The notes under the pieces: generated by a model
What the model saw: the letters and a program-made list of their open reading frames with translations, nothing else
What the model was told of the DNA's origin: nothing
The model's database searches: none
In this document: one piece after another, positions 19,291 through 28,782 of the stretch
How the letters are laid out: each line of letters starts with the position of its first letter
Numbering within the stretch: position 1 is the first letter of the stretch
Program-made: the position numbers and the translations under genes
DNA from: Fimbriimonadales bacterium
Lineage (GTDB): Bacteria > Armatimonadota > Fimbriimonadia > Fimbriimonadales > ATM1
Length of the DNA stretch: 48,635 nucleotides
Assembly (NCBI GenBank): GCA_051003155.1
Contig: JBPCLO010000009.1
Coordinates: forward strand, 1-48,635
Reading direction: 5' to 3'

Positions 19291-20298
19291 CTACGGACTA
19301 CTTAACCAAATTATTAAGTCCTGCGGCCGATAATCGGCGTACATGTTGACCTCAGAAATGTCAACGACTTGAAGGCACTCAGCGATCTCATTAGGCATTG
19401 GGCGCTTGCTCACCCGGATGACGACCTTCGGTGGAAAGGTGGCTTGGGTGCCGTAGTCGAATGTGGAACGGCAGTTATCGGCAAATGGACGGTCTTCGAG
19501 GCTTTTCCGAAACTGCAGTAAATGGCGAACTAAAACGATAGCGTCGATGTACGGGTAACGAACTGCTTGGTCGTCAACACTGTGGAATGAGTTCGCGGTC
19601 AAGAGCCCTGCTGCAGGATGCATGAGGGCAGTGACCGGCTCCTGGATGAAGTCATCCCAAAAGATAACCAACACGCCGTAAAACAGACGGTCGTCAGTTT
19701 TGAAGCCCTCGAACTTTGCGTTCGCTGATATGAGGAAGTCCTTGACCGGATTATCCTTTGGAAGTTGGACTGTGTCGAAGGTATCCTGAAGATGTGTCAG
19801 TTCGAGGGCTCGAGACGGTGCTTGAACGTCATGGTCTGCGCGGCTACCCGCGTAAGCAGTGAGTTCAGGGCATTTCACCTCAAGGCCAGCATAGGCGAGC
19901 TGAGTTCGTATGGTCATCTCGGGGTTCTTGCCCGAGGCAGATGAGTGTGGCTCGAACTCGAACACGGTGCCGGTCGGCCAACAGAAGGAGCAGACCTGTC
20001 GTTGAATGTGGAGTTCAGCTAGTATCTGAAGAAGCTGGTCGTAGTCTCGCTGGTCCCTCTCTCGGCCCGAAATTGCGGCGATTTTGTCCAGAGCCTTGAT
20101 TGCAAAGCCAACCTCCTGTGAATCTACTAGAAGAAGAGCCTCAATCAAGTCTTCGACGAATTGCGTACCAAAGTAGCCATCGTAGGTGCGCAATGTCTTA
20201 AGGCACTCGTAGTGCTCGAAATGCCATCGCCACCAATGCCATCTTAAGATGATGTTCGAGTCGATGGCGTGCCGAAGCAGCTCTTCCCGACTGGCCAT
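19291..20298 (-). CDS. Hypothetical protein, possible PD-(D/E)XK-like nuclease
   Basis: 335-aa ORF with a LAEL...FEP...KNPE...GLEVK pattern. Confidence 0.6.
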   Translation of the reverse strand: MASREELLRHAIDSNIILRWHWWRWHFEHYECLKTLRTYDGYFGTQFVEDLIEALLLVDSQEVGFAIKALDKIAAISGRERDQRDYDQLLQILAELHIQRQVCSFCWPTGTVFEFEPHSSASGKNPEMTIRTQLAYAGLEVKCPELTAYAGSRADHDVQAPSRALELTHLQDTFDTVQLPKDNPVKDFLISANAKFEGFKTDDRLFYGVLVIFWDDFIQEPVTALMHPAAGLLTANSFHSVDDQAVRYPYIDAIVLVRHLLQFRKSLEDRPFADNCRSTFDYGTQATFPPKVVIRVSKRPMPNEIAECLQVVDISEVNMYADYRPQDLIIWLSSP

Positions 20299-20527
20299 CG
20301 CTGGATACTACCCCTCGGACTAGCAATCGGATCTAAGCAGATTGGAAGCTCCATGCGACCTCCACTTGACGCCGATCCGTTCAGCCGAAAGGCCAACTTG
20401 TTGTTCGCGAGTGGCGGCGTCCTCAATTGCTTCTTTTGTAAACTGTCAACAATACCAGCAGGAACTAGATCGGTTCATACAAAATGATGCATTGTCCTGC
20501 GACGGCGGTCACGAGACGGGACTAGAC

Positions 20528-21136
20528 ATGATTTCTCTTATCGCTTCGATGTGTCTTTCACCTTCGATGCTCTTGGAGGCACTACCGAATGAAATCGGCG
20601 GTGTGCTACGGCCGCTTGTAGAACACAAGGCGCAGAGGTCTTACTACCTCAACGGAGCAGACGTCGTCGTTCACCGCGACGCTCATGTGCTCTCGAAAAC
20701 ATTTCGTATGGGTCACCCCCAAGGCCAACCCCCTTCGCGTATCGGCATTCCTATCGACTCATGCTTAGAATTCGGTGGGGAACTTGGCGAAACCTTCGTC
20801 AAGCTGAACTGGGGGACTACGCAGAATCCGATCTGGGTTTTGACGAAAGAATTCAGCGGCTCGTCAACCGACATCTATGTCCATCTCGCGAACGCTTCGC
20901 ATGACCCTATTGGCGACCTCGCTAACGCGTCTGTTCGAATCTATACCAAGTATTGGTTCTATAACGGTGCGAGTTGGCAAGAGGTTGTCGCGAGCCTCAA
21001 CTACACGTTCGAAATGCACCTCGCGATCGAAGATGCCGGTATCGATACGCGCAAGACTTACCTCAACCCCTCACAACAAGTCAATCGGAATAGCATCCTG
21101 CCTGCCGTGTCCCAGATCCTTTCTAACTGCGGATAA
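20528..21136 (+). CDS. Hypothetical, possibly secreted and possibly truncated protein
   Basis: Hydrophobic start MISLIASMCL at ATG 20528 within ORF 20342..21136. No family recognised. Confidence 0.45.
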   Translation: MISLIASMCLSPSMLLEALPNEIGGVLRPLVEHKAQRSYYLNGADVVVHRDAHVLSKTFRMGHPQGQPPSRIGIPIDSCLEFGGELGETFVKLNWGTTQNPIWVLTKEFSGSSTDIYVHLANASHDPIGDLANASVRIYTKYWFYNGASWQEVVASLNYTFEMHLAIEDAGIDTRKTYLNPSQQVNRNSILPAVSQILSNCG

Positions 21137-21698
21137 CAGCGTCAGCAACAATTACTAAAGCGTTGGACGATTGGTGCGTGGAGCTATAGCGAAAAGAGTT
21201 CCAAGCACGATAAAGTCCGGCGACCCGTGAACAATCAACTGACGGGTGAACTCGGTGAAAATCTAACGAATTCCTTCTCATTTAATTTGGCCAGTAGTAT
21301 TCAAGCAATGGCGCGTAATGGTGGCCACGAACTTTTCGTATATCGCTGCTTGCCGAACTTGCAACCCGCTTATTACAAACAGATTCTAGGTGCCACCGCA
21401 AAGTGTACGTTTTGTATGACTGCCCATCACAAGCCTTCAGCCTTCGGCGGCGCAATTCTGGACTACCAAAGGGTGGCCAAAGCCCGCCCCCGCACCGGGT
21501 TCGGGAGCGCGATGCCGTTATTCGGAATGGAGCTCTCACCACGTCGATCCCTATTCCGTTTTCCGATTTGGGGCAACTCTACCTTTGCGCGTTTTCGGCA
21601 CTCGGCTGACGAGACTGCTAATCACTGCGACGATTTGCAGGTTACGTACGTCTACCTATCTAGTGCAAGACTCCAAATCGGCACTTGCACTGGCGAAA

Positions 21699-22856
21699 AT
21701 GTCAAGTCGAGCATCCCTCACGAGCCCAATCTTCAAAGTCGCCCGAACCAAGGTCGACCTCCATACCGAGCGCCAACTGTACGCTCGTGCCGCCGGTCGC
21801 TGTGAGTTCGCAAGCTGCAATCGTTTCCTGTTAGAACACCACGTCACATTCTCACCAGCCAACTTTGCTAAGAAGGCCCATATCGTTGCTTACTCCCGTG
21901 GGGGCCCCCGTGGTCAAGAGAACGATGCTCATGCGTACGTCAACGACTTCTCCAACTTGATGCTGCTGTGCCCGGCATGCCACGACCTCATCGACCTGGA
22001 CCCGGAGACGTACACGATTGATAAGCTCAAGACTTACAAGCAGGATCATGAGGATCGAGTTTTTCGGTATACCGAGCTGAAGCCAGGGGTCGGCACGCGC
22101 CTACTCCGAGTCACCGGCATGGTTCGGGGTCAAGCGGCCGTCATTCCTGACGATGCTGTGTTGAAGGCTCTGGGTTCTAATCCATATGATTCTAAGGCTG
22201 CCTGTTTGATAGATCTAAACGCTCTCGATGACAGCGGCCCAGCTTACTGGGCGACAGCAACGCACGAATTGGAACGCAAGGTGAGAGGATTCATGGAAGT
22301 TGCGGGTTTACAGAATTGCTTTCAAACCCTATCGGTATTTGCCATCGCTCGAATTCCGCTACTGATCAAACTCGGCGCGTTGCTTTCAAGTAAAGTGCCG
22401 ATCAGAGTTTTCAATAGGCAGACGACAACCGACGATTGGGCTTGGACTCATGGCACGCCGAGCAATTTCAGTTATCGGTGGTTGCAAAAGGGTGAGTCAA
22501 AAGAGATCGTCGTTCTAGTATCGCTTAGCGGAGCAATCTCGCTCGGCAAGCTACCACACGAACTTCAGGCCGTCGACTCGATCCTTGAAATGACTGTCGT
22601 CGATGATCCCCCCAGTCGTACCTGCCTGAGGACGGAACAATCGCTTCATAATTTCCGCGAATGTTACGCTTCAGTGCTACAGGAGGTTCGGGCATTCAAG
22701 CCCGAGATTATCCATCTAGTCCCCGCAATACCCACTGCCGGGGCGGTGCATCTCGGGCGTGACATCCTTCCCACATTCGATCCACCCATGAAGATATACG
22801 ACTGGAACGGCTCGGATGGTTACATATGCTCTCTGACGGTGAATAATCATGACTAG
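21699..22856 (+). CDS. CBASS effector: HNH endonuclease-SAVED (Cap5-like)
   Basis: AAGRCEFASC, AHIVAYSRGGPRG and NLMLLCPACHDLID (HNH). SAVED motifs SVFAIARIPLLIKLG, VSLSGAI and IHLVPAIP. Overlaps the CD-NTase start. Confidence 0.88.
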   Translation: MSSRASLTSPIFKVARTKVDLHTERQLYARAAGRCEFASCNRFLLEHHVTFSPANFAKKAHIVAYSRGGPRGQENDAHAYVNDFSNLMLLCPACHDLIDLDPETYTIDKLKTYKQDHEDRVFRYTELKPGVGTRLLRVTGMVRGQAAVIPDDAVLKALGSNPYDSKAACLIDLNALDDSGPAYWATATHELERKVRGFMEVAGLQNCFQTLSVFAIARIPLLIKLGALLSSKVPIRVFNRQTTTDDWAWTHGTPSNFSYRWLQKGESKEIVVLVSLSGAISLGKLPHELQAVDSILEMTVVDDPPSRTCLRTEQSLHNFRECYASVLQEVRAFKPEIIHLVPAIPTAGAVHLGRDILPTFDPPMKIYDWNGSDGYICSLTVNNHD

Positions 22857-23739
22857 CATCCAGTACCTACAGAAAATCTTGCAGCAACAACGTCTGTCCG
22901 ATAATGAGCTGACCGCTTTGAAAAACAAACGTCACGAGGTCGAGAGTTTCCTCAAAGGCAAACTGGAGAGCGTGGCTCCGACAATTCGGTGGGCCGGCTC
23001 GTATGCGAAGGACACGATGATTCGGGAAAACTACGATGCGGATATCGTGGTTTACATCGCCTCCGGGGAAAATGGTGCCGGCAACACGCTTGCTGAAATA
23101 TACGACACAATTGAGGGGCATCTGAAGGGGAAATATTCTGTCGAGCGGAAGGCATCGGCGATTCGCCTCAGGAATGCCGAGTCCGCCGAATACACGCATG
23201 TAGACGTCGTACCCGGACGATTCTTTGATGAAACGATGACCGACGTTTGGTTGCATCGCACGACCGGCGATAAATCCAGATTCAAGACAAACTTGGACGT
23301 TCATATTGAGACGGTCCGAGATTCTGCCGTGAAGCCTTTGATCCGCCTAATGAAGCTCTGGACGCGGCGCAATGGGATTGTAAGTCAGACTTTTATAATT
23401 GAACTTTTGACCGTGAAGATCGGTAGTCAGGCCAAATGTGAGTCGCTAGACGATCAGGTAGTCCACGTCCTTAAGAAATTTAGAGATGAAGCCGAAAGTC
23501 TAACGGTGGAGGATCCTGCTAACCCGAATGGGAACGACATTTCGAATTCGCTCGACAACATTCGCTTTCCACTCCAGCATTTCGCCAAGTTGTCACTCCA
23601 ACAGATCGATGGAGGTAATTGGAATCGAGTGTTTGGCGACGCAGACGATGTCGATGATGCTGATGGTGACAAAGCGAGGGCCCTTCGCTCACTTGCTGTT
23701 CAAGTCAGGCCTTCGACGCGGCCGTGGTTCGATCGCTAG
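22849..23739 (+). CDS. CBASS cyclic oligonucleotide synthase (CD-NTase/SMODS)
   Basis: GSYAKDTMI...YDADIV, VDVVPGR, IRLMKLW and EDPANP motifs, with a C-terminal RPW. Confidence 0.9.
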   Translation: MTSIQYLQKILQQQRLSDNELTALKNKRHEVESFLKGKLESVAPTIRWAGSYAKDTMIRENYDADIVVYIASGENGAGNTLAEIYDTIEGHLKGKYSVERKASAIRLRNAESAEYTHVDVVPGRFFDETMTDVWLHRTTGDKSRFKTNLDVHIETVRDSAVKPLIRLMKLWTRRNGIVSQTFIIELLTVKIGSQAKCESLDDQVVHVLKKFRDEAESLTVEDPANPNGNDISNSLDNIRFPLQHFAKLSLQQIDGGNWNRVFGDADDVDDADGDKARALRSLAVQVRPSTRPWFDR

Positions 23740-23745
23740 GACAAA

Positions 23746-24387
23746 ATGCCATTCAATCTGGAGGCCGTCAAGAACGACCTCGCCGCCCGATGTCCAAATT
23801 TGTTAGCCTACGAAACGACGAACGGATTGGAGGTAGTTGGGGGACATCCCGTTATCGGTTTGGACGGTAACGAAATCACGCGGTTTTCAATTAAAGTGGT
23901 AGTGACGGCGGTATTTCCAGACGAATTGCCGCTGATTTTCGAGACGGCAAACCGAATTCCCCGGGTGCCAGATCGACACATTAATGAAGACGGGAGTTGT
24001 TGTATTGGCGTTGCCGCAGCGCTTCGCCAGCGGATGGGTCGGTCGTTCCGGCTCAGTGACTATGTCTTGGGTCCGATGTCGGAGTATTTCCTTGGGCAAG
24101 CGCTTGTCGACTACGGTCGACCATGGCCAGCTGGTGAGGCACGTCATGGCGAGCTGGGAGTAATTGACTTTTGGTTGTCTGCTCTCAATGCAAAGCGTCC
24201 AGAGAATGTCCTCAATCTACTGACGTATTCGTCCTTTATGCGCAAACCGCGCAAGAATAGTCGATGCCCTTGTGGATTGCGAAAGCGAGCCCGCGCCTGC
24301 CATTTAGCGAAAATAGTCTGGGTGCAAGCACTTTATTCTGTCACTTTTATCCGCGAGCAAGCCGAAATAGTAAAAAAGCTTGTATAG
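23746..24387 (+). CDS. CBASS ancillary E2-like protein with SEC-C zinc motif
   Basis: FPDELP...RHINEDGSCC (E2 active-site region), WPAGEARHG and RCPCG...ACH. Confidence 0.8.
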   Translation: MPFNLEAVKNDLAARCPNLLAYETTNGLEVVGGHPVIGLDGNEITRFSIKVVVTAVFPDELPLIFETANRIPRVPDRHINEDGSCCIGVAAALRQRMGRSFRLSDYVLGPMSEYFLGQALVDYGRPWPAGEARHGELGVIDFWLSALNAKRPENVLNLLTYSSFMRKPRKNSRCPCGLRKRARACHLAKIVWVQALYSVTFIREQAEIVKKLV

Positions 24388-24449
24388 AGTCTGACCGAGA
24401 TTCGCCACGCGATGACTTTTCTCTTCTGGCCCAAGCTGAAGGCAGAACC

Positions 24450-24540
24450 TCACAAAACGAGTATATAGCGGACCGATTCCTCTGGCAGACGCTTGAGGCA
24501 GGTTTCGGCGTCCCCGATGATGATCCGGCTACTTTGGCAA
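24450..24540 (-). pseudogene. Truncated 5' remnant of a DNA methyltransferase
   Basis: The minus strand reads SSRIIIGDAETCLKRLPEESVR, then unrelated sequence and a stop. This matches the N-terminus of 17839..18804. Confidence 0.8.
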
Positions 24541-24971
24541 TCGGAGCACTTTGGAAATCGCTGTCTCGCAGCTGCCAAACCTTGTTGCTCGAAGGCACCG
24601 GATTATTGACTTCGAAGAGCCCTATTGCTACCATTCTCGCGTGATCGCCTTCTCCCTGGAGCTTCCCAATGGCCTTAGGGAGGAGGTGATCACATATTGG
24701 AAGCGACATGTACCTTTGAACTGGGCCAGATTGTAATAACCGCCCATGCTCTTGAGGTTCTTGATCCGGGAGATATCCTGAATGGCCTCAGGCGTCACGC
24801 CAGAGGCGACTGGGGCGAACTTTGTGAGGAGGATAAGGCCGAGAACGAGCTCTCTCTCAGAGAAAGTTTCCGTTTACTCTCCGCCTATCACGACTGCAAC
24901 GGCGTCATGTTCTGGATCATTACCGAGGCGGACCGGTCGGCAACGACGATCCTTCTTCCCGAAGACTACTG
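24468..24971 (+). repeat. Imperfect ~500-bp direct repeat, copy 2
   Basis: Homologous to 18733-19234. Confidence 0.9.
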
Positions 24972-24972
24972 A
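24697..24972 (+). CDS. Conserved small MGE protein, copy 2
   Basis: 91 aa with the same promoter, leader hairpin and TTG start as copy 1. Confidence 0.85.
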   Translation: MEATCTFELGQIVITAHALEVLDPGDILNGLRRHARGDWGELCEEDKAENELSLRESFRLLSAYHDCNGVMFWIITEADRSATTILLPEDY

Positions 24973-24975
24973 CCT

Positions 24976-25004
24976 AGGCTGAGCGCAAGCTCAGCCTCTC
25001 GTTT
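24976..25004 (+). terminator. Hairpin/terminator after copy 2
   Basis: AGGCTGAGC-GCAA-GCTCAGCCT, then CTCGTTT. Same position as the copy-1 hairpin with a different sequence. Confidence 0.6.
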
Positions 25005-25322
25005 GCTCATTTATCAATCGCATAACAGTGACCGGCGCGAAACTTACCTTAGCACGAGCGCCATAATCCGGTTATGGGCGACTATCGGGATGGCACAGGC
25101 TCCGCAGACTGATTCCGTGCGGGTCGGCGAGACGCATGGGGTTGCGACACTATTTGTGCTAGGGGCTGTTGACGACAACGAACAAAATCTGTGGAGAACC
25201 TATAACGTCAAGAGCATCGGGATTGTCGAGCGCACCGATCGCGTTCGTTTGGCATCGGTTTCACGTCTGACCCGCCGCACAGAGACCGATCTCGACATGT
25301 CTCTTCAACTAATGAATACTTG

Positions 25323-26681
25323 ATGGCCAAAGGGAAGCTCACTCCGGGCGTAGCCTTCGAAACCAAGTGCTGGGAGGGGGATTATGAGATTCTCTTGTCG
25401 ACGGGGTTTCTTAAGCGGGAGTTGCTTCGCATCGATTTTCCGTTTGTTACGCGCCGCCTTATCCTGAACAATATCATCGACAGAGAGCGCGCCCTCTCGC
25501 TTGCCTCATTGCTGCTTAAAAACGGATTTCTTACCGATGTTGTGCTGGCAGAAGAGGTTGCCGACGATGCTCTAGACAGCCTCGGTGTATACCCGAAATC
25601 ACTCGGTCGTGGGTATGGATACTCGTTGGCAGAGCTTGTAGGAGTTCACGCATGTACAACTGAACATTTACTACACGTATCCAGTGATACGAGCCTCCAA
25701 GGAACGACCTGGATTGAGAAGGCGATAACCTTGCTCCGGAAAAACGAACAAGTGAAGGTGGTGAACCCGATTTGGAACGACCAGATCAGAGAAGCCAGAC
25801 ACGAAAGTTTATACGAGGACGACGATTTCTATTATGGGTACGGCTTCTCGGATCAATGCTATTTGATAACGGCCGCCGATTTCAAGGCACCTATCTATGG
25901 CGAATCTCTCCGGGGGCCGAGTCGATATCCGGACTATGGAGGGGAATCGTTCGAAAAGCGAGTTGATGCTTGGATGCGAAACAATTGCTATCTGCGCGCA
26001 ACTTACAAACACGATAGCTACTTTCATCCATCGTTCAGGACTCTCGATAACTTGGCGAGAGAATCTTTTTGGAAATACCAATCAGACATTTCGCTTGAAC
26101 CACTCGAATCTATAGGTGGGATCGACGGATGGCTCCTTGAGGATGAGGCTCGCCTCCTGTCATTCGCTGTCGACCGAGCCATCTCCGGGTCGCCACATGG
26201 GAATCTTGTTGAAGTTGGGTCATATTGCGGAAAATCAACGGTTTGCATCGCAAAGACATTGGACTTACTTGGAGCCTCGGCCACGCTTCACACCATCGAT
26301 CCGCACGAGGGCGAACTTCACTGCGGTATCAGGGAGCAGATTGACTCACTCACGGCGCTGAAGTCGAACCTTTCAAGGTCCCGCGTCGCTGATCGGGTCG
26401 TCATTCATGAAGCCAAGTCAACGGGACTCGCTTGGCGCGAGCCAATCTCGTTTCTTTTCATCGACGGTTTGCATGACTACGAAAGCGTCCAGGCTGACTT
26501 CGAGCACTTTGAGCCGTACCTCTGCAACCACGCATTTGTCGCTTTTCACGATTATGCTGACGGCGTTGGTGTCAAACAATTTGTTGACGATCTATTGTCT
26601 CGATCTACGGTGTACCGACCTTATGCCCTGACAAAGTCTCTGATTATGATCAAGACTCAATTGACCAGTCCCCGCGATTAG
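25323..26681 (+). CDS. Class I SAM methyltransferase (Methyltransf_24-like) with N-terminal glycosyltransferase-like domain
   Basis: C-terminal half has VEVGSYCGKS, TIDPH, FLFIDGLHDY and VAFHDY. The N-terminal half is only tentatively GT-A-like. Confidence 0.75.
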   Translation: MAKGKLTPGVAFETKCWEGDYEILLSTGFLKRELLRIDFPFVTRRLILNNIIDRERALSLASLLLKNGFLTDVVLAEEVADDALDSLGVYPKSLGRGYGYSLAELVGVHACTTEHLLHVSSDTSLQGTTWIEKAITLLRKNEQVKVVNPIWNDQIREARHESLYEDDDFYYGYGFSDQCYLITAADFKAPIYGESLRGPSRYPDYGGESFEKRVDAWMRNNCYLRATYKHDSYFHPSFRTLDNLARESFWKYQSDISLEPLESIGGIDGWLLEDEARLLSFAVDRAISGSPHGNLVEVGSYCGKSTVCIAKTLDLLGASATLHTIDPHEGELHCGIREQIDSLTALKSNLSRSRVADRVVIHEAKSTGLAWREPISFLFIDGLHDYESVQADFEHFEPYLCNHAFVAFHDYADGVGVKQFVDDLLSRSTVYRPYALTKSLIMIKTQLTSPRD

Positions 26682-26717
26682 TTCTACAAAATGTCGGATT
26701 GCCTCTGGTTTTGAGCC

Positions 26718-27308
26718 CTAGTCCTTCCCTGAATCTCGCTGGTCTGGCAGGTCAGTGGGCCGAAAGTATATTGCGCCTCCCTCCTCAATGGGGTCACTCA
26801 TCGAATCGTGCTTCTGGTTGTTTGTAATCCGAACCGCAAGATAATATATCGGCAACCATATGCACGCAAGCATCACTAGTCCTTGTGGCGAAGCCAAATG
26901 ATGCAGGACCCAAGAACTGATCCAATCTGGCTTCTGGTAACGATAAAACTCTACGTTAGGAGGACTAGCTTCGAAGAGCACGACTAAAAGCGACCAGCAA
27001 ACAATTGGAAAGAGACCGAAGCGCGACAATATTCCAACGGCCCGAAATACGTTTATCGCCAAGAAACTGCTTAGTTTATGCACGCCTACAGCCACGATTA
27101 ACCCGGGAATTATACCTATAAAACAGCTGGCCAGTACGAAATAGAAGTATGACAAAATGTAGCCCATTAATCCACTAAACGGCTCTGCTGCAGCGTTCAC
27201 CTTCGCTGCCACAAGTGAGCTTGCCTCGATGTCTAATATCGCGGCTAGTAGAAGACAATCCATGAAAGGAGAGGTCCCGTAGCGATCAAGAAACTTGTGA
27301 TTTATCAC
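26718..27308 (-). CDS. Membrane protein, candidate immunity for 27317..28192
   Basis: Several TM segments; begins just after the core-tip gene. Confidence 0.55.
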   Translation of the reverse strand: MINHKFLDRYGTSPFMDCLLLAAILDIEASSLVAAKVNAAAEPFSGLMGYILSYFYFVLASCFIGIIPGLIVAVGVHKLSSFLAINVFRAVGILSRFGLFPIVCWSLLVVLFEASPPNVEFYRYQKPDWISSWVLHHLASPQGLVMLACIWLPIYYLAVRITNNQKHDSMSDPIEEGGAIYFRPTDLPDQRDSGKD

Positions 27309-27316
27309 GGAACTGG

Positions 27317-28192
27317 CTATCCTGGATTACGTGCCTGCCTGGGTTTTTGTGAAGTTGATTTTCCCTGCGGGTTAGCCCTGGTGGACGGCGAAGGAATAGG
27401 ACATTCCTTTGGATAGCACTTTGGCGGCGGTACAGGTCCGGGGCGTCTCGGCGGCCACCAAGGTGCGACACAACCACCGCCGAGAGATTGTTTGAGCTCC
27501 CGCACGCGGTCAATGCATTGAACGTCGTGTACCAAGAGACCGTGGCTACCCTCTCGAAAACAGGCACGGCATCCATCGACTATTTTGTAGTACGCCCATC
27601 CGGAAACTAGACCACAATTATGAAAAGGGGCCGCCTCAAACGCATCACACCTTGCGCATTCGCCCGGGTCGAGCACGCATACTTCTTCTGCGTATCTGGG
27701 GGATTCTCGGCGAATTGTAACTGGCGAATTCGAACAGTTGCAGCATAGCCCATGACCAGATTCCGCTTTCTTGCAACAATCGGCTGGCCGTGACCTGCTA
27801 ATGGCCCGGTTGCCATCCGGATCAATTAGTGTCGAAGGATTAGCGTTAGCATATTTGTGCGGCGCCAGGACCGAATTGTAGCGCGGATTTGCATCGCTGG
27901 TTACCCAGGCAGAGGTCGCGGGGTCATAACTCCGTGACCTAATATATATGATTCTGGCGGTATCTCGGTAGTACCCAAAGCTACCGACAAACTGAAATGG
28001 GGTTGCCGTGGTGCCAGTCCTTGTCTTGATCTCACCATACGGCCAATAGGAAAACGTGTCGGTTTTGGTTTGGGAATTATCGAGCAAGGCGACCATCGAG
28101 CCAAGGGGATCTGGGACGTAAGTTCGCCGAACCCCTCCTCGCTTCTCCGCGATGACTTCGCCGTCGACCACTGTGTATCTAACCGTCGCCAT
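27317..28192 (-). CDS. Stand-alone RHS core + Cys-rich C-terminal tip
   Basis: MATVRYTVVDGEVIAEKRGG...DPLGS...YWPYG...RSYDP...NPSTLIDPDG. Own RBS (GAGGAG) before ATG 28192. 15 Cys in the tip. Confidence 0.85.
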   Translation of the reverse strand: MATVRYTVVDGEVIAEKRGGVRRTYVPDPLGSMVALLDNSQTKTDTFSYWPYGEIKTRTGTTATPFQFVGSFGYYRDTARIIYIRSRSYDPATSAWVTSDANPRYNSVLAPHKYANANPSTLIDPDGNRAISRSRPADCCKKAESGHGLCCNCSNSPVTIRRESPRYAEEVCVLDPGECARCDAFEAAPFHNCGLVSGWAYYKIVDGCRACFREGSHGLLVHDVQCIDRVRELKQSLGGGCVAPWWPPRRPGPVPPPKCYPKECPIPSPSTRANPQGKSTSQKPRQARNPG

Positions 28193-28367
28193 TATGTAGG
28201 CTCCTCGCGTTCTCATGGTACCTTACCTAGGAAGCGCTCAGATGTCGTCCCGGTCAGTAAAGACTTGCGAGCCGAATCGTAGGAGGCGACTAACTTTTGG
28301 GGCCGCAATCAAGCCATACTCGTCGGGCGAACCGCATCAGTGATGCGTGTTTCCCGCGTGGCAGATC

Positions 28368-28730
28368 ATGAGAAGCGATGAAATTGTTAAGATGGTGGAG
28401 CACCCATCTCGTTTTGGAGAACTCGAGAACGCGTCGCACGTAGGGCGTGCAGGTATGAAAGGGGAAGGTCCATATGTGACGTTCTGGCTCCGAGTCGAAG
28501 ACGGCGTCGTTGTAAAGGCGACGTCGGAATCACACGGTTGCAGCTACGCAATAGCCACTTCGAGTTTGCTCGCTGGCCATATTGAAGGGATGCGGCTCTG
28601 CGAGGTACTTGAAATCAATGCAAGGGCCGTGGAATCCATCGTCGGAGGACTGCCTGAGGGCAAAGGTTACTGTGCTGATTTGGCGTCCAACGCTCTTTGC
28701 TCCGCCCTTCCCATACACGACCTTGAGTGA
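28368..28730 (+). CDS. Divergent IscU/NifU-N-like protein
   Basis: HPSRFGELENA, HGCSYAIATSS and GGLPEGKGYCADLA motifs. The first Cys/Asp motif (CGD) is replaced by EGP. Confidence 0.75.
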   Translation: MRSDEIVKMVEHPSRFGELENASHVGRAGMKGEGPYVTFWLRVEDGVVVKATSESHGCSYAIATSSLLAGHIEGMRLCEVLEINARAVESIVGGLPEGKGYCADLASNALCSALPIHDLE

Positions 28731-28782
28731 ATAGAAAAGAAATGACGCCCATATCATTCCCTTGGGACAGCGAGTCATGTGG

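Noticed and set aside
21227..21805. 192-aa ORF as an independent gene
   Set aside because: No recognisable motifs or RBS, and it overlaps the CBASS effector.
25003..25323. 106-aa ORF
   Set aside because: TTG start directly after a terminator hairpin, no RBS or motif; unsupported.
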